64,000 nt of DNA from an uncultured Planctomycetales bacterium (GCA_964483785.1 CAZACW010000002.1:16666-80665); one strand, 5' to 3'. Counted from the first letter of the stretch, positions 48,520 to 58,317 are shown. Notes: generated by a model not told the origin, from the letters alone. Program-made: numbers and translations.

Positions 48520-50093
48520 GCGCCGGTGAAGTGGTCGGTGGCCAGGTTGCCGGTCTCCCGGTCGATGCAATACCAAATGCCGTTGTAATTGGTGGTCTGG
48601 TGCTCGAACCAGATCACGCCTGCCTCACGGATATGCGGCCAGCAATCCTTGAAAATATCGTCCCCGTGGATCACCGCAACTCCATTTAAAACACGGATCG
48701 GGTAATGGTTGATCACATGCTCGGTGCCGGTGTCTGTAAAGATCCGCAGGGTGATGGTATTGTCCGGGTTGGTGGCGCAGCCGCCGGCCGTGATAATGGC
48801 GTAATCATTGCGGAAGGCCTTGAAAATCGGCGCCATTTTCAGGCAGCGGTAGGATTTCGGCTGCGGGTTGGAATCATTGTACAGGCCATAGGATGATTCG
48901 GTGTGGGTCTGGTCAGCCAGGCGATTTGAGCCCCGGTAATACACATGCACGTAACAGATCGGTTTGACGGCAAATTCATTCACATCACGCTTGAATTCCA
49001 CCACACAATTGACGCTGCCCTGGATGTCTTCCTTTGCGAAAACCTTGGCCAGATCGCATCCTGATTGATCATCCTGAAAAACGACGTCCCGGCTGGAAAT
49101 CAGCGCGCCGTCTTCCGTGAACAGCTTCAGGGTCATGGCCTCTACGGGGAAACCGATTTCATCCTCGCTGATGCGCAGCAGGGGCGCGTTGTGTTTAAAA
49201 TTCGGTATGTAAAAGCCGGTGGTGCAAGGATGAGGATGACGGTTGGCGGATGGCGTATTTTTGATATTGCGCCGGTTGCTGTTGCAATTGTCATGCCAGA
49301 TGGCCAGGGGAATGCCGTCTCCGTCATGGATGATGCAAAAGCCGTTGGCCCCTTTCAAGGGGGATTTAGTCTGGGCCACGGTGAACAATGCCTTGGGGCC
49401 GACAGCCTCAATGTCCTGCCGGGAACCGGCGAAATTGGACAGATAGGCCATGTGGCCGTCGGGCAGATAACCGCGGTAACAGAGGCTCGTGCGCGGCAAA
49501 TAGGACTTTAACGGCGCTGGGATGGAATGTACGCCGGCCATCAGCCCCTTGGCCTGGTCATGGAAAAAGACAAAGAACCTAAATTCGTTTTCCGGGGTCT
49601 TGAGGCGCGGATGAAAGACTTCTAAAAGCACGATACCTTGCTCCGGCAGGGCCGCGGCATCAGCCTCATGGCCGATAGTATTGAAATATTTCACTTCATT
49701 GGGCTTGAACACATACTGTTTGGACCAAAAATGCTCATTTTCCTTCATGATGGAGAGGCGGATCAAAAGAGGGTCCCGGATGCTGTAATTGCGCTGGCAA
49801 AAATTAAACAGCAGGATATGGGTGATGCCTTTTCGGAAAGGGACATAGGCACTGACAAAGGCCGAAGCAGCATCAGGCACCATATCTTCGGGACTGGTCT
49901 GCCCGTAGTAGGCCGAGAACAGGGTGGGCATGAATTTTTCCGGCGGGATGATCTTGGCTTGAGGATATTGTTTGAGGTAATGCGCCTGCAGGACCCGGTT
50001 GTAATAGGGCGGGCAGGCCTTGAAGTATTTGACGGCCAGCTCATTGGTTTTTTCCAGGCCGATCCATTTCGAGAGCAATTCGATTTTTGACAT
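48516..50093 (-). CDS. Hypothetical protein with four His-terminated internal repeat-like segments
   Basis: 525-aa ORF from ATG 50093, opposite strand to the locus; no family recognised. Confidence 0.75.
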   Translation of the reverse strand: MSKIELLSKWIGLEKTNELAVKYFKACPPYYNRVLQAHYLKQYPQAKIIPPEKFMPTLFSAYYGQTSPEDMVPDAASAFVSAYVPFRKGITHILLFNFCQRNYSIRDPLLIRLSIMKENEHFWSKQYVFKPNEVKYFNTIGHEADAAALPEQGIVLLEVFHPRLKTPENEFRFFVFFHDQAKGLMAGVHSIPAPLKSYLPRTSLCYRGYLPDGHMAYLSNFAGSRQDIEAVGPKALFTVAQTKSPLKGANGFCIIHDGDGIPLAIWHDNCNSNRRNIKNTPSANRHPHPCTTGFYIPNFKHNAPLLRISEDEIGFPVEAMTLKLFTEDGALISSRDVVFQDDQSGCDLAKVFAKEDIQGSVNCVVEFKRDVNEFAVKPICYVHVYYRGSNRLADQTHTESSYGLYNDSNPQPKSYRCLKMAPIFKAFRNDYAIITAGGCATNPDNTITLRIFTDTGTEHVINHYPIRVLNGVAVIHGDDIFKDCWPHIREAGVIWFEHQTTNYNGIWYCIDRETGNLATDHFTGA

Positions 50094-50219
50094 AAAGATT
50101 TCCTTCAATAAGGCGGGGTTGATTTAATTGTAGTACACTTTTTTTTAAATGTAAAAATATAATTCGCTTTTAAGTTGCGACCTTTTAAATTTCTTGTTTT
50201 TCTGTTAATATCAACGCCT

Positions 50220-52364
50220 ATGGTCCAAAATCAAAGTTTTCCGAAGTCGATTTATGTCGAGTTATTGACCCTTCGACTTTGGCTGGACAGCTTGGCCCCT
50301 CTCCTGCGGCGGCTCGGCCGGAAAAATCCTTCCTTAAAACCCTGTTGTTATGTTTTTGATGCCACCTGGCCGGGCTTGATGCTGGCCCGCTGGACCGCCA
50401 AGCAGGAGGGGTTTGTGGTCCAAAAATTGGATTTTCAGATCACGGATGTCCGGGATGAACAAGGCCGCTTCGCTTATTGGCGCGCGGCCCATCAGGACAT
50501 GATTGAAATCCAGCAGCTGATGCTGTCATCCGAAATATTTCATTCCTTCACCCGAGATTTAGATCCCGCTTCCAATGCGCGTTATTACCTGGCCAAGGTC
50601 CCGGTGTATATTTATGATTTTTACGGGCATGAAAAATATGCCCAGGCCTGGCACGTGGCGATGATGGCCCAGATTGCCGGATGGCACGGCCGCCGGCAGC
50701 ACCCGCCTGCGACGGAGTATCAACTGTTTATCATTGAACGTCCCTGGATGGATGTCCTTCGGCAATATCTGCGGTCCCATGGCGGGCATTTGGCATCGCT
50801 TGGCCCCGTGCAGTTAAGGCGCTGGGCATGGTCAAAGCTTTTTGCCAAATTTAAAAAATTAAATTTCCGGATGGCGGCCGGCCTGGTCCGGCGCAAAATT
50901 TTTGACTTCAAGCTCCGGCGCGGCCTGGCCCGGTCCAAGCCGTATTTTGCGCCGGAGAAAGCCAGGATCATGACGGAATTTTGCGGCCAGTTGAATTTCG
51001 ACGATCCTGTTTTACATAGCGATCTTTTTTTCTGCGATGGAAAAAACCTTTCCTATGAAGATTTGCTGGTGACCTTTAATCTGTCCAAATCACCCATCGA
51101 CGCTCAAAGATACGGGCTGTTAGAATCCCATCACCTGGCTGCCGTGGCCATGTCCCCGCAAGCCTCGGTGGTGGATCCGTCCCTGATCGAGGTTTTCCGT
51201 CCCCAGCGGCACAATAGCACCCTACCCTTGGAGGCGCAGGAGAGCAGTGCGGAATATCGGGTATTGCGGGGTTTGCGGGAAGATTATTGCCGGACCAAGG
51301 AGCAATGGTCCCAATTTTTTAAGCGTTATAATATCAAACTGCACAACAGCTGGATCAATTATGACCCTGCTCAAATGGCCATGGCCGAGGCCTTGGCTGA
51401 ATTAGGGGGGATTTCCTGCATTTACCAGCGTTCTTATGAGCCCCATCCCTGTCCCCAGCTTGCTGTCTGCACGGACATCATCTTCAGTTTTGCCCCGGTG
51501 AAATACGAGGCCATGCGTGCCAATTACGGCCGCTTCCGTTATCACGCGGCCGTGGGTTATGTGGGCGATTACCGTTTTGGGCCGTCTCAATCCATGGCCA
51601 TGGACCTGCGCCGTAAAATCCAGGCCCATGGGGCCCAACAGATCATTGCCTATTTCGACGAGAATACCATTGATGACGGCCGCTGGTATATGGGGCATAA
51701 ACTGTTGAGGGACAATTACCGCTTCTGGTTGGAACAATTATTGAAATTCCCTACCCTTGGCCTGATCTTTAAACCCAAGGTGCCCAGCACCCTGCCCCGT
51801 CGGCTTGGAGAAGTCCACGGGCTTTTGCAGGAAGCGGAAAAGACCGGACGTTGTTATGTGTTCAGGGAAGGCCAGATGCAGGGCCTTTACCCTCCGGCTG
51901 TGGCGGCCCTGGCTGCGGACATGGCCATCCACGATTCCATCATCTCCGGCACGGCGGGCATGGAATCCGCCTTGGCCGGCGTGCCGACCTTGATCATGGA
52001 CCTGGAAGGATGGCCTCCCAGCCCCTTGCATCAATTGGGCAAGGATGTTGTTTTCAAGGATTGGCCGCAGGCCTGGCAGGCCTGCCAAAATTATTTCAAG
52101 GATCCTAAAACCTACAGGCATATCGGGGATTGGTCATCCTATAAGCAGGAACTGGACCCCTATCAGGACGGGAAGGCCGTTGAACGTTTGAGTGAATGCC
52201 TGAAATGGATGCTGGAAGGCCTGCGCGCCGGCCGGCATCGGGACGCGGTGATGGATGAGGTCATGGAGCGATTTGCACAGAAGTGGGGGAAGGACAAGGT
52301 CCAATCAGGAGACCATCACAACCCCCGGGGTTGTGATGGTCCATCACAACCCCGGGGGTTGTGA
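50220..52364 (+). CDS. Surface-carbohydrate biosynthesis protein (putative GT-B-like transferase)
   Basis: C-terminal 'KPK', 'TAGMESALAGVP', 'LDPYQDGKA.ER' pattern seen in nonulosonate-locus proteins; the C-terminus is encoded by a repeat. Confidence 0.55.
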   Translation: MVQNQSFPKSIYVELLTLRLWLDSLAPLLRRLGRKNPSLKPCCYVFDATWPGLMLARWTAKQEGFVVQKLDFQITDVRDEQGRFAYWRAAHQDMIEIQQLMLSSEIFHSFTRDLDPASNARYYLAKVPVYIYDFYGHEKYAQAWHVAMMAQIAGWHGRRQHPPATEYQLFIIERPWMDVLRQYLRSHGGHLASLGPVQLRRWAWSKLFAKFKKLNFRMAAGLVRRKIFDFKLRRGLARSKPYFAPEKARIMTEFCGQLNFDDPVLHSDLFFCDGKNLSYEDLLVTFNLSKSPIDAQRYGLLESHHLAAVAMSPQASVVDPSLIEVFRPQRHNSTLPLEAQESSAEYRVLRGLREDYCRTKEQWSQFFKRYNIKLHNSWINYDPAQMAMAEALAELGGISCIYQRSYEPHPCPQLAVCTDIIFSFAPVKYEAMRANYGRFRYHAAVGYVGDYRFGPSQSMAMDLRRKIQAHGAQQIIAYFDENTIDDGRWYMGHKLLRDNYRFWLEQLLKFPTLGLIFKPKVPSTLPRRLGEVHGLLQEAEKTGRCYVFREGQMQGLYPPAVAALAADMAIHDSIISGTAGMESALAGVPTLIMDLEGWPPSPLHQLGKDVVFKDWPQAWQACQNYFKDPKTYRHIGDWSSYKQELDPYQDGKAVERLSECLKWMLEGLRAGRHRDAVMDEVMERFAQKWGKDKVQSGDHHNPRGCDGPSQPRGL

Positions 52365-52376
52365 TGGTCTCCTGAT
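52304..52376. repeat. Perfect 73-bp palindrome built from two 29-bp palindrome copies (5 and 6)
   Basis: 36-bp arms atcaggagaccatcacaacccccggggttgtgatgg-T-ccatcacaaccccgggggttgtgatggtctcctgat. Confidence 0.97.
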
Positions 52377-52385
52377 CAAAAACAT

Positions 52386-54185
52386 ATGGCGCAGATTTTT
52401 GTTATTCATGATCCTGCCTATTTCAAGGCCTCGGCCCTGGATTGTATCGTTTTGCCGACGGAGCAGGGCCTGGATGCATTATTGTCCAAGGGCCTGATTG
52501 GCCCCTTACAGGTTCCAGCTTATACCGAGAAAGAACGCTCGGCCTTTATCCAGGATTATACGGCCTTGATCGCCTCCCTAAATGCCCGTTTTAAGGACCA
52601 GTTTCTCTGGTGGGCCACGGACCTTTCTTCCAAAAACAGCTATGTTTGTCCTGTCCCTGACCTGGTCCAGGAATTGCTGATGATTGAAAGAAGTCTTTCA
52701 GCCTGTCCGGATCAGCCCTTGTTGATTGCAGGCCCTTCCATCGCCATCGAGCCGTCCTTGTCCAAACTCCTGGCCAAATGCAACCGCAGTCTGGTTTGGC
52801 CAAAGGCTGACTGGGAAAGACAAAAGCTCATGGCCCTTGGCGCGGCCCGGTCCTTGATAAGGCTATTGGTGAGGGCTGTGCGTTTTTATGCCAGATCGTT
52901 CTTGTCCCGCAGGGCCTTGTCCGAAACAGCGGGCCGCTGGCTTGACCCTCAAAAAAATTTTTACGTGATCAAGACCTTTTCCTATCCCAGCTCCTGGGAC
53001 AAAGAAGGCGCTTACACGGACGCGTTTTTCGGCCCCTTGCCGAAACATCTTGCTGCATCCAACCAGGTGCTGATTTTAAGTTACCATTGGCATTGTTTTG
53101 GGGAATTTATAAAGCGCCTCAAGCAGGAAACGGCCTGGAAGATCCTTCCGGTGGAATTCTTTATCAATGGCGGTGATGTTTTCCGCGCCGTGATCAGGAT
53201 TTTAAGTTTCAGAATTGAGCTCAAGGAGCCGGTCTTGTTCAAGGACCTGGATGTGACGGATCTCATCCGTTTCGAGTTGGCCAGGACCCTCAACGGCATC
53301 CAGATCTTCCAGCTTTTGCATTACGATGCCCTTCGTCATCTCATCCGGCAGGTGCCGCTGAAGGATTTTCTCATGACCTTTGAGAACAATCCATGGGAGA
53401 GGATGTGCCTGATGGCCTTGCGCAAGCACAGCCCGTCGACCAAGCTTTTGGGTTACCAGCATTCCGTGGTGCCCCAGGCGGCCTTGAATATGTTTGTCCA
53501 TCCTAATGAAAAGAACATCGTGCCGCTGCCGGACAGGATCCTGACAACCGGCGAGCTGTCCCGCGGCATTCTCAGGGCATACGGGGATTACGGGCAGGTG
53601 CCCATTCTCAGCAGCTGCGCCCTGCGTTATGAATATTTATTTGCCGCCGGGCCGAAGGCGCGCTCTAAATCCCAGGGGCATCTTTTGCTGGTGTTAGACG
53701 GGGTTGACCAGACGTTTCAGATGCTGCAGTATGTGTTAAAAGAAATCAGAGGGGCAGAGGGCTGCCGGTTGAGGATCAGGTGCCACCCGGCGCTGCCATG
53801 GTCTTTGCTGACAAGGAAACACCCCATGGACATGGCTTGTCTGTCCCAGGTGGAAATCTCCAAGGAGAGCCTGGCCCAAGACCTGGAGTGGGCCGACGTG
53901 CTGATGTACTGGCAAAGCGCGGTTGTGCTGGAAGCTGTCAGCCGGGGGATCCCGGCTGTCAATTTCAGGCCTGAAGGCCTGTTAAGCTATGATCCATTGT
54001 TTCTGACCGATGCCTTTCAATGGACGGTCACGCCGCAGGAGAGGCTCTTGGCCGCCCTCAAGGCCGTCGAGGCCATGGATGACCGGGAATTCCGGCGCAG
54101 AGCCGATGCGGCCTCGGCCTGGGTGCGCAGTTATTTCCATCCCGTGACCCCTCAAAGCCTGGCCTTATTTGAAATTGACGGGTAG
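52386..54185 (+). CDS. Surface-carbohydrate biosynthesis protein, TIGR04326-like
   Basis: 'WWAT..SSKN', 'D.FFG', 'FENNPWE', 'GYQH', 'HP', 'S..LEA...G.P'. Confidence 0.6.
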   Translation: MAQIFVIHDPAYFKASALDCIVLPTEQGLDALLSKGLIGPLQVPAYTEKERSAFIQDYTALIASLNARFKDQFLWWATDLSSKNSYVCPVPDLVQELLMIERSLSACPDQPLLIAGPSIAIEPSLSKLLAKCNRSLVWPKADWERQKLMALGAARSLIRLLVRAVRFYARSFLSRRALSETAGRWLDPQKNFYVIKTFSYPSSWDKEGAYTDAFFGPLPKHLAASNQVLILSYHWHCFGEFIKRLKQETAWKILPVEFFINGGDVFRAVIRILSFRIELKEPVLFKDLDVTDLIRFELARTLNGIQIFQLLHYDALRHLIRQVPLKDFLMTFENNPWERMCLMALRKHSPSTKLLGYQHSVVPQAALNMFVHPNEKNIVPLPDRILTTGELSRGILRAYGDYGQVPILSSCALRYEYLFAAGPKARSKSQGHLLLVLDGVDQTFQMLQYVLKEIRGAEGCRLRIRCHPALPWSLLTRKHPMDMACLSQVEISKESLAQDLEWADVLMYWQSAVVLEAVSRGIPAVNFRPEGLLSYDPLFLTDAFQWTVTPQERLLAALKAVEAMDDREFRRRADAASAWVRSYFHPVTPQSLALFEIDG

Positions 54186-54212
54186 GGACCCTTCCTTTAC
54201 AATGACTCAACC

Positions 54213-54818
54213 ATGGACAATCATTTAAGTTTGAGCGCCAAAATCCTCCGGGAAATCAAGGACTATGGCCTATGGCTCCTGCAGGGCGTGCCCGGGGCGC
54301 TCGGCGTCAAATTAAGGCGCTTGTGCTTACGGCCCTGTTTTTTCAAATGCGGGGCCGGCTTAGTCATGGCCAAAGATTGCGTGGTCAAAGGCTTTAAAAA
54401 GATCACCTTAGGGGACCATGTCAGCTTCGGCCCCTGGACCCAGGTCTATGCCGAGGGCACCGAGGGAGGGATTGAGATCGGCGATCATGTCTCCACCAAT
54501 GCCAATGTGATGATCAATGCCGACAACGGCGGGTCCATTAAAATCGGAGACCATGTCATGATCGGGCCCAATGTGGTGCTGCGGGCCTCCAACCACCATT
54601 TTGCCCGGAAAGACATGACCATAGACGCCCAAGGCCATCAGCCGGGGTCCATCGTCATCAAGGAGGATGTGTGGCTCGGTGCCAATGTGGTTGTTGTGCC
54701 CAATGTCGTGATCGGACAAGGGGCGATCGTCGGGGCCGGGGCCGTGGTGACCAAGGATGTCGAAGATTACACCATTGTCGGCGGAGTTCCTGCCAAGAAA
54801 ATCGGGGTCAGAGATTAG
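54213..54818 (+). CDS. Hexapeptide-repeat acyltransferase
   Basis: IGPNV....NH, DVWLGA, GAGAVVTKD, GGVPAK. Confidence 0.9.
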   Translation: MDNHLSLSAKILREIKDYGLWLLQGVPGALGVKLRRLCLRPCFFKCGAGLVMAKDCVVKGFKKITLGDHVSFGPWTQVYAEGTEGGIEIGDHVSTNANVMINADNGGSIKIGDHVMIGPNVVLRASNHHFARKDMTIDAQGHQPGSIVIKEDVWLGANVVVVPNVVIGQGAIVGAGAVVTKDVEDYTIVGGVPAKKIGVRD

Positions 54819-54819
54819 C

Positions 54820-56418
54820 ATGTCAAGATACGCGCTTACCAGCCTTATCCTGGTCCTGGTCTTTTTGGGGATTTGGTTTGCGCGGGCCTCCAGCTTCGGC
54901 ATTTATGGAGATGAGACATTTCACCTCAGCTGGGCCGAGGGCATAGCCCGTACGGGTTCCTGCCATTTTGCCTGGGACACGGCCCTGGATCAACCCATCC
55001 CCAAGGACCTCAAAGAAAATCACGGCTTATTGCCCACCTATCTGTTCAGCTTGTCCTTTCATTTTCCCGTTGACCATGTCCTGTGGAGCCGATTCGTATG
55101 CTTGATCTTCACCCTGGCCACGTACGGGACCATCCTCTATTATTTCCGCCGAAGAGGCATGCTGACGGCGCAGCGCCTTTTTGTTTGGACGGCCTTGTTT
55201 TTCGGCTCTGCCGTTATTTTGGATCTGTCCTATTACATCCGCACCTATGCCATCCTGGGCACAGCCACGGCCTTGATCTTGATCCTGTACTGGGAAGGCC
55301 TGATGCGTTTGCAGCAAAATCAGAGGCAGGCATGCATCCGGCTGTGGGCCTTGGGCATGCTCCTGTTTCTTGTGACCGTGATTGACCAATGGCAGATTGA
55401 ACAAATCCCGGCCTTGGTTTTCGGGGTATTGACCGGTATTCTTTATTTGGATCCGCAACATAAGAGTTTATTGAATGGTTTTAAAAAATGGATTGGGTGG
55501 ATTTTATGGGGCCTGATTTTATTTTCCCCCCTTTTGATCCAGAATTACCAAATCCTAAAGTGGATCAAATTGCAGAATACCCAGGTTTTTATCCCCCAGC
55601 ACCATTCCAGTTTCTGGGACAATCTGGTAGGGTGGCTTCGTTTTGTCCTGGGGATCAACGTCGGGCTTTTATCCCTGGACTGGGCCTTGCGGTCCATGGA
55701 AAAACTGAGCTTTGACAGATGGATCTTCATCAACGGCTTGTTCACAGCCATTGTCTGCCTTCTTTACAACAGTGTGCTGCATGTATTTTTTCCGAAATAT
55801 GTTTATCTGCCGCTTTTGATGATGCTGATCGGCTGGGCCGGGTTTTGGGAAGATTTTTTAAAGCAGACAAAATTGAAATCCTGGGCCCTGGTGCTTTACC
55901 TGCTGGTCAATGGGCTGATGTCCTGGGTCAATGTGTATGAACACAGCAATGTCGGCCGGCCCATCCATTGGCTGCACAGCCATCTGGACCCGCATGATGT
56001 GCTTTTGGTCTCCCAAGTCAACGATGATATACTTCGGTTTGAAGGCAGAGGGCTGTTGTCCCGCGCCCATACCGTGGACCCGAGCCAAAACATGCAGGAC
56101 ATTACTGATCTGAAGCAATATATAGCCGGCCATGCCCAGGGGAAAATCTATTATTTGTATGTGGACCATTATGCGTTTCGCCGGTGGCTTTGCCTCATGA
56201 CGATCGGCAAGGACCTTTACCCTCCCATTGATCTTTTTGCCTATTTAAGGGACCGTATTCCTTCCTCGGGCGTGATGCCGGGATTAAGGCAATGCGGCCT
56301 GATGGTCTTTGACCGTACCGAATTGTTGAATGGCCTGGACCATCTGCTGCAACAAGGTTTTGAAACCAAGCCAAGCTTTCATTTGCGTCAGTTATGGAGG
56401 CATTTTTTTAAGTATTGA
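54820..56418 (+). CDS. Polytopic membrane protein, GT-C-like
   Basis: N-terminal TM then 'GDE..H', 'R.Y' motif, many TMs and a soluble C-terminal domain. Confidence 0.55.
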   Translation: MSRYALTSLILVLVFLGIWFARASSFGIYGDETFHLSWAEGIARTGSCHFAWDTALDQPIPKDLKENHGLLPTYLFSLSFHFPVDHVLWSRFVCLIFTLATYGTILYYFRRRGMLTAQRLFVWTALFFGSAVILDLSYYIRTYAILGTATALILILYWEGLMRLQQNQRQACIRLWALGMLLFLVTVIDQWQIEQIPALVFGVLTGILYLDPQHKSLLNGFKKWIGWILWGLILFSPLLIQNYQILKWIKLQNTQVFIPQHHSSFWDNLVGWLRFVLGINVGLLSLDWALRSMEKLSFDRWIFINGLFTAIVCLLYNSVLHVFFPKYVYLPLLMMLIGWAGFWEDFLKQTKLKSWALVLYLLVNGLMSWVNVYEHSNVGRPIHWLHSHLDPHDVLLVSQVNDDILRFEGRGLLSRAHTVDPSQNMQDITDLKQYIAGHAQGKIYYLYVDHYAFRRWLCLMTIGKDLYPPIDLFAYLRDRIPSSGVMPGLRQCGLMVFDRTELLNGLDHLLQQGFETKPSFHLRQLWRHFFKY

Positions 56419-56444
56419 AATTATATAGAGTATAGAGGTATAAT
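56415..56444 (+). promoter_or_regulatory. Putative internal sigma70 promoter
   Basis: TTGAAA-18 bp-TATAAT in an AT-rich gap. Confidence 0.45.
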
Positions 56445-56452
56445 CATCCATT

Positions 56453-57250
56453 TTGGGGGGGTTGGGGTTGGGTAATGCGAACATTAAATACTCCGGTCTT
56501 GGGCTTGCGCAGTTTTTTACGGGGTATAGGGATAAATGGGAGGATTTTTATCCTTCTGAGCATTGGGCCTTTGAAAAGATCATTGCTATACGGAAAACGT
56601 TCGGCCGCGTCCTGGATGTGGGCTGCGGGATGGGGGGGCTGGGCTTAGGCCTGTCCAGCCGCTGTCCAATGCGGTCCTATCTTGGGGTGGACATCAATGC
56701 CCAGGTGATTGCAGCGGCCCAGACACTCAAAGCCCGCTTTAAGGTCCCTGCGCAATTCAAATGCTGCGATATTCTCGAGGCCAAGGGGGTCCCCAAGGCA
56801 GCCTTTGATACGGTCTTTTCCTTAAGCTGTGCGGACTGGAACATTGAGACCGGCAAAATCATCGGACGCTGCTGGCAATATGTCAAACCCGGCGGATTTT
56901 TTGTGATCTCTTTAAGGCTTTCACCGGGGCCGGGGATCAATAATATCAAAAAAAGTTATCAGCCCTTTGCCTGGGACGAAAAGGGCAGGCCGGCGGAAAT
57001 CGCCAATTATGTTGTTTTTAATGCAGGGGCATTTTGGCGGATGGTGGAAGGGTTTCAACCGAGACCTTCCCATGTTTACGGCTACGGCTACTGGGGGCCG
57101 CCGTCCAAAACAGCTGTTACGCCGTATAAGAAATTAGTTTTTGGGGTTATCGTCATTCAGAAAATTTTATCGAGGGCCAGGCCGGGCCCCATTGAAGCCC
57201 ATTTGAATTTTCCGTTGGACCTTTTTCATCACGCGCAAGGACAAACATGA
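56453..57250 (+). CDS. Class I SAM-dependent methyltransferase
   Basis: VLDVGCGMGG, GVDIN, VKPGG; start codon uncertain. Confidence 0.82.
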   Translation: MGGLGLGNANIKYSGLGLAQFFTGYRDKWEDFYPSEHWAFEKIIAIRKTFGRVLDVGCGMGGLGLGLSSRCPMRSYLGVDINAQVIAAAQTLKARFKVPAQFKCCDILEAKGVPKAAFDTVFSLSCADWNIETGKIIGRCWQYVKPGGFFVISLRLSPGPGINNIKKSYQPFAWDEKGRPAEIANYVVFNAGAFWRMVEGFQPRPSHVYGYGYWGPPSKTAVTPYKKLVFGVIVIQKILSRARPGPIEAHLNFPLDLFHHAQGQT

Positions 57251-58317
57251 TTGAACCGAAAAAACATCTGAAAGAACTGACACGGACACCCATCACGCCG
57301 GAAGACCGCATCGGCCGGGTGCACCGCTTAGACCGCAACGAGCGCACAACGCCTTTTCCTAAGGAACATTTACAGAATATTCTAAGCTCCATCACCGTCG
57401 ATGAAATGGTGGCCTATCCTGAAGTGGAGCCTTTTTACCATAAGCTGGCCGACTGGCTGAAGGTCAAACGGGAAGAATTGCTGGTGGCCAGCGGCTCGGA
57501 CACCTCGATCAAGATGGTCTTTGAAGTCTATGTGCAGGAAGGGGACGAGGTGGTGGTGATTTCCCCCACCTACGGCATGTACGTGGTGTATTGCCGGATG
57601 TTCGGCGCCAAGGCCGTGGAAATTTTTTATAACCCGGATTTGTCCCTTCCCATCGAACGTGTCCTCTCTGCCATAACGCCTAAGACAAAACTCGTGACCA
57701 TTGCCAACCCGAACCACACCGGCACCGTGATCCCCGAGGAGGATTTGATCCGGGTGATCAAGGCCGCCCACCAGGTCAATGCCCTGGTCCTGATCGATGA
57801 GGCTTATTATCATTTTTATCCTCAGACCATGGCCGGCCATATCCATCAATATGATAACCTGATCATCATCCGCACCTTTTCCAAGGGCTTCGGCATTGCG
57901 CCCTTGCGCGTCGGCTACACCATCAGCAATACCGAAATCATCCAACAGCTTTACAAGGTCAAGCAGACCCATGATATCACCGTGGTCTCAGCCAAGGCCG
58001 GCGCCTATCTGCTGGACCATCTGCAGATCATGACCGATTATGTCCAGGAGGTTGACCGGGCCAAGGCAGTTTTATACAAGCGCCTGCCGGCCATGGGATT
58101 TGACGTGCTGCATAGCCATGCGAATTTTGTCTTTTTCAAATGCCCCTCGGGGACCGACGGCAAAAAACTTTTGGCTGATCTACAGGACATGCATATCATC
58201 CTCAAAGGGCCTTTTAACCAGTCCCCTTTCACCGGCCATTTGCGGGTCACGGTGGGCAGTGTCGAGCAGATGAACATGGTCTGTGACCAGATCCAACAAC
58301 TGATACGAAAGGCATGA
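57247..58317 (+). CDS. PLP aminotransferase class I/II, HisC-like
   Basis: LDRNE, ANPN, DEAY, RTFSK..G...LRVG, LRVTVG. Confidence 0.88.
   Translation: MIEPKKHLKELTRTPITPEDRIGRVHRLDRNERTTPFPKEHLQNILSSITVDEMVAYPEVEPFYHKLADWLKVKREELLVASGSDTSIKMVFEVYVQEGDEVVVISPTYGMYVVYCRMFGAKAVEIFYNPDLSLPIERVLSAITPKTKLVTIANPNHTGTVIPEEDLIRVIKAAHQVNALVLIDEAYYHFYPQTMAGHIHQYDNLIIIRTFSKGFGIAPLRVGYTISNTEIIQQLYKVKQTHDITVVSAKAGAYLLDHLQIMTDYVQEVDRAKAVLYKRLPAMGFDVLHSHANFVFFKCPSGTDGKKLLADLQDMHIILKGPFNQSPFTGHLRVTVGSVEQMNMVCDQIQQLIRKA

Noticed and set aside
9272-52376. CRISPR array interpretation of the 29-bp palindrome
   Set aside because: Copies occur only in inverted pairs with 0-243 bp between them, there are no regular unique spacers and no cas genes in the window.
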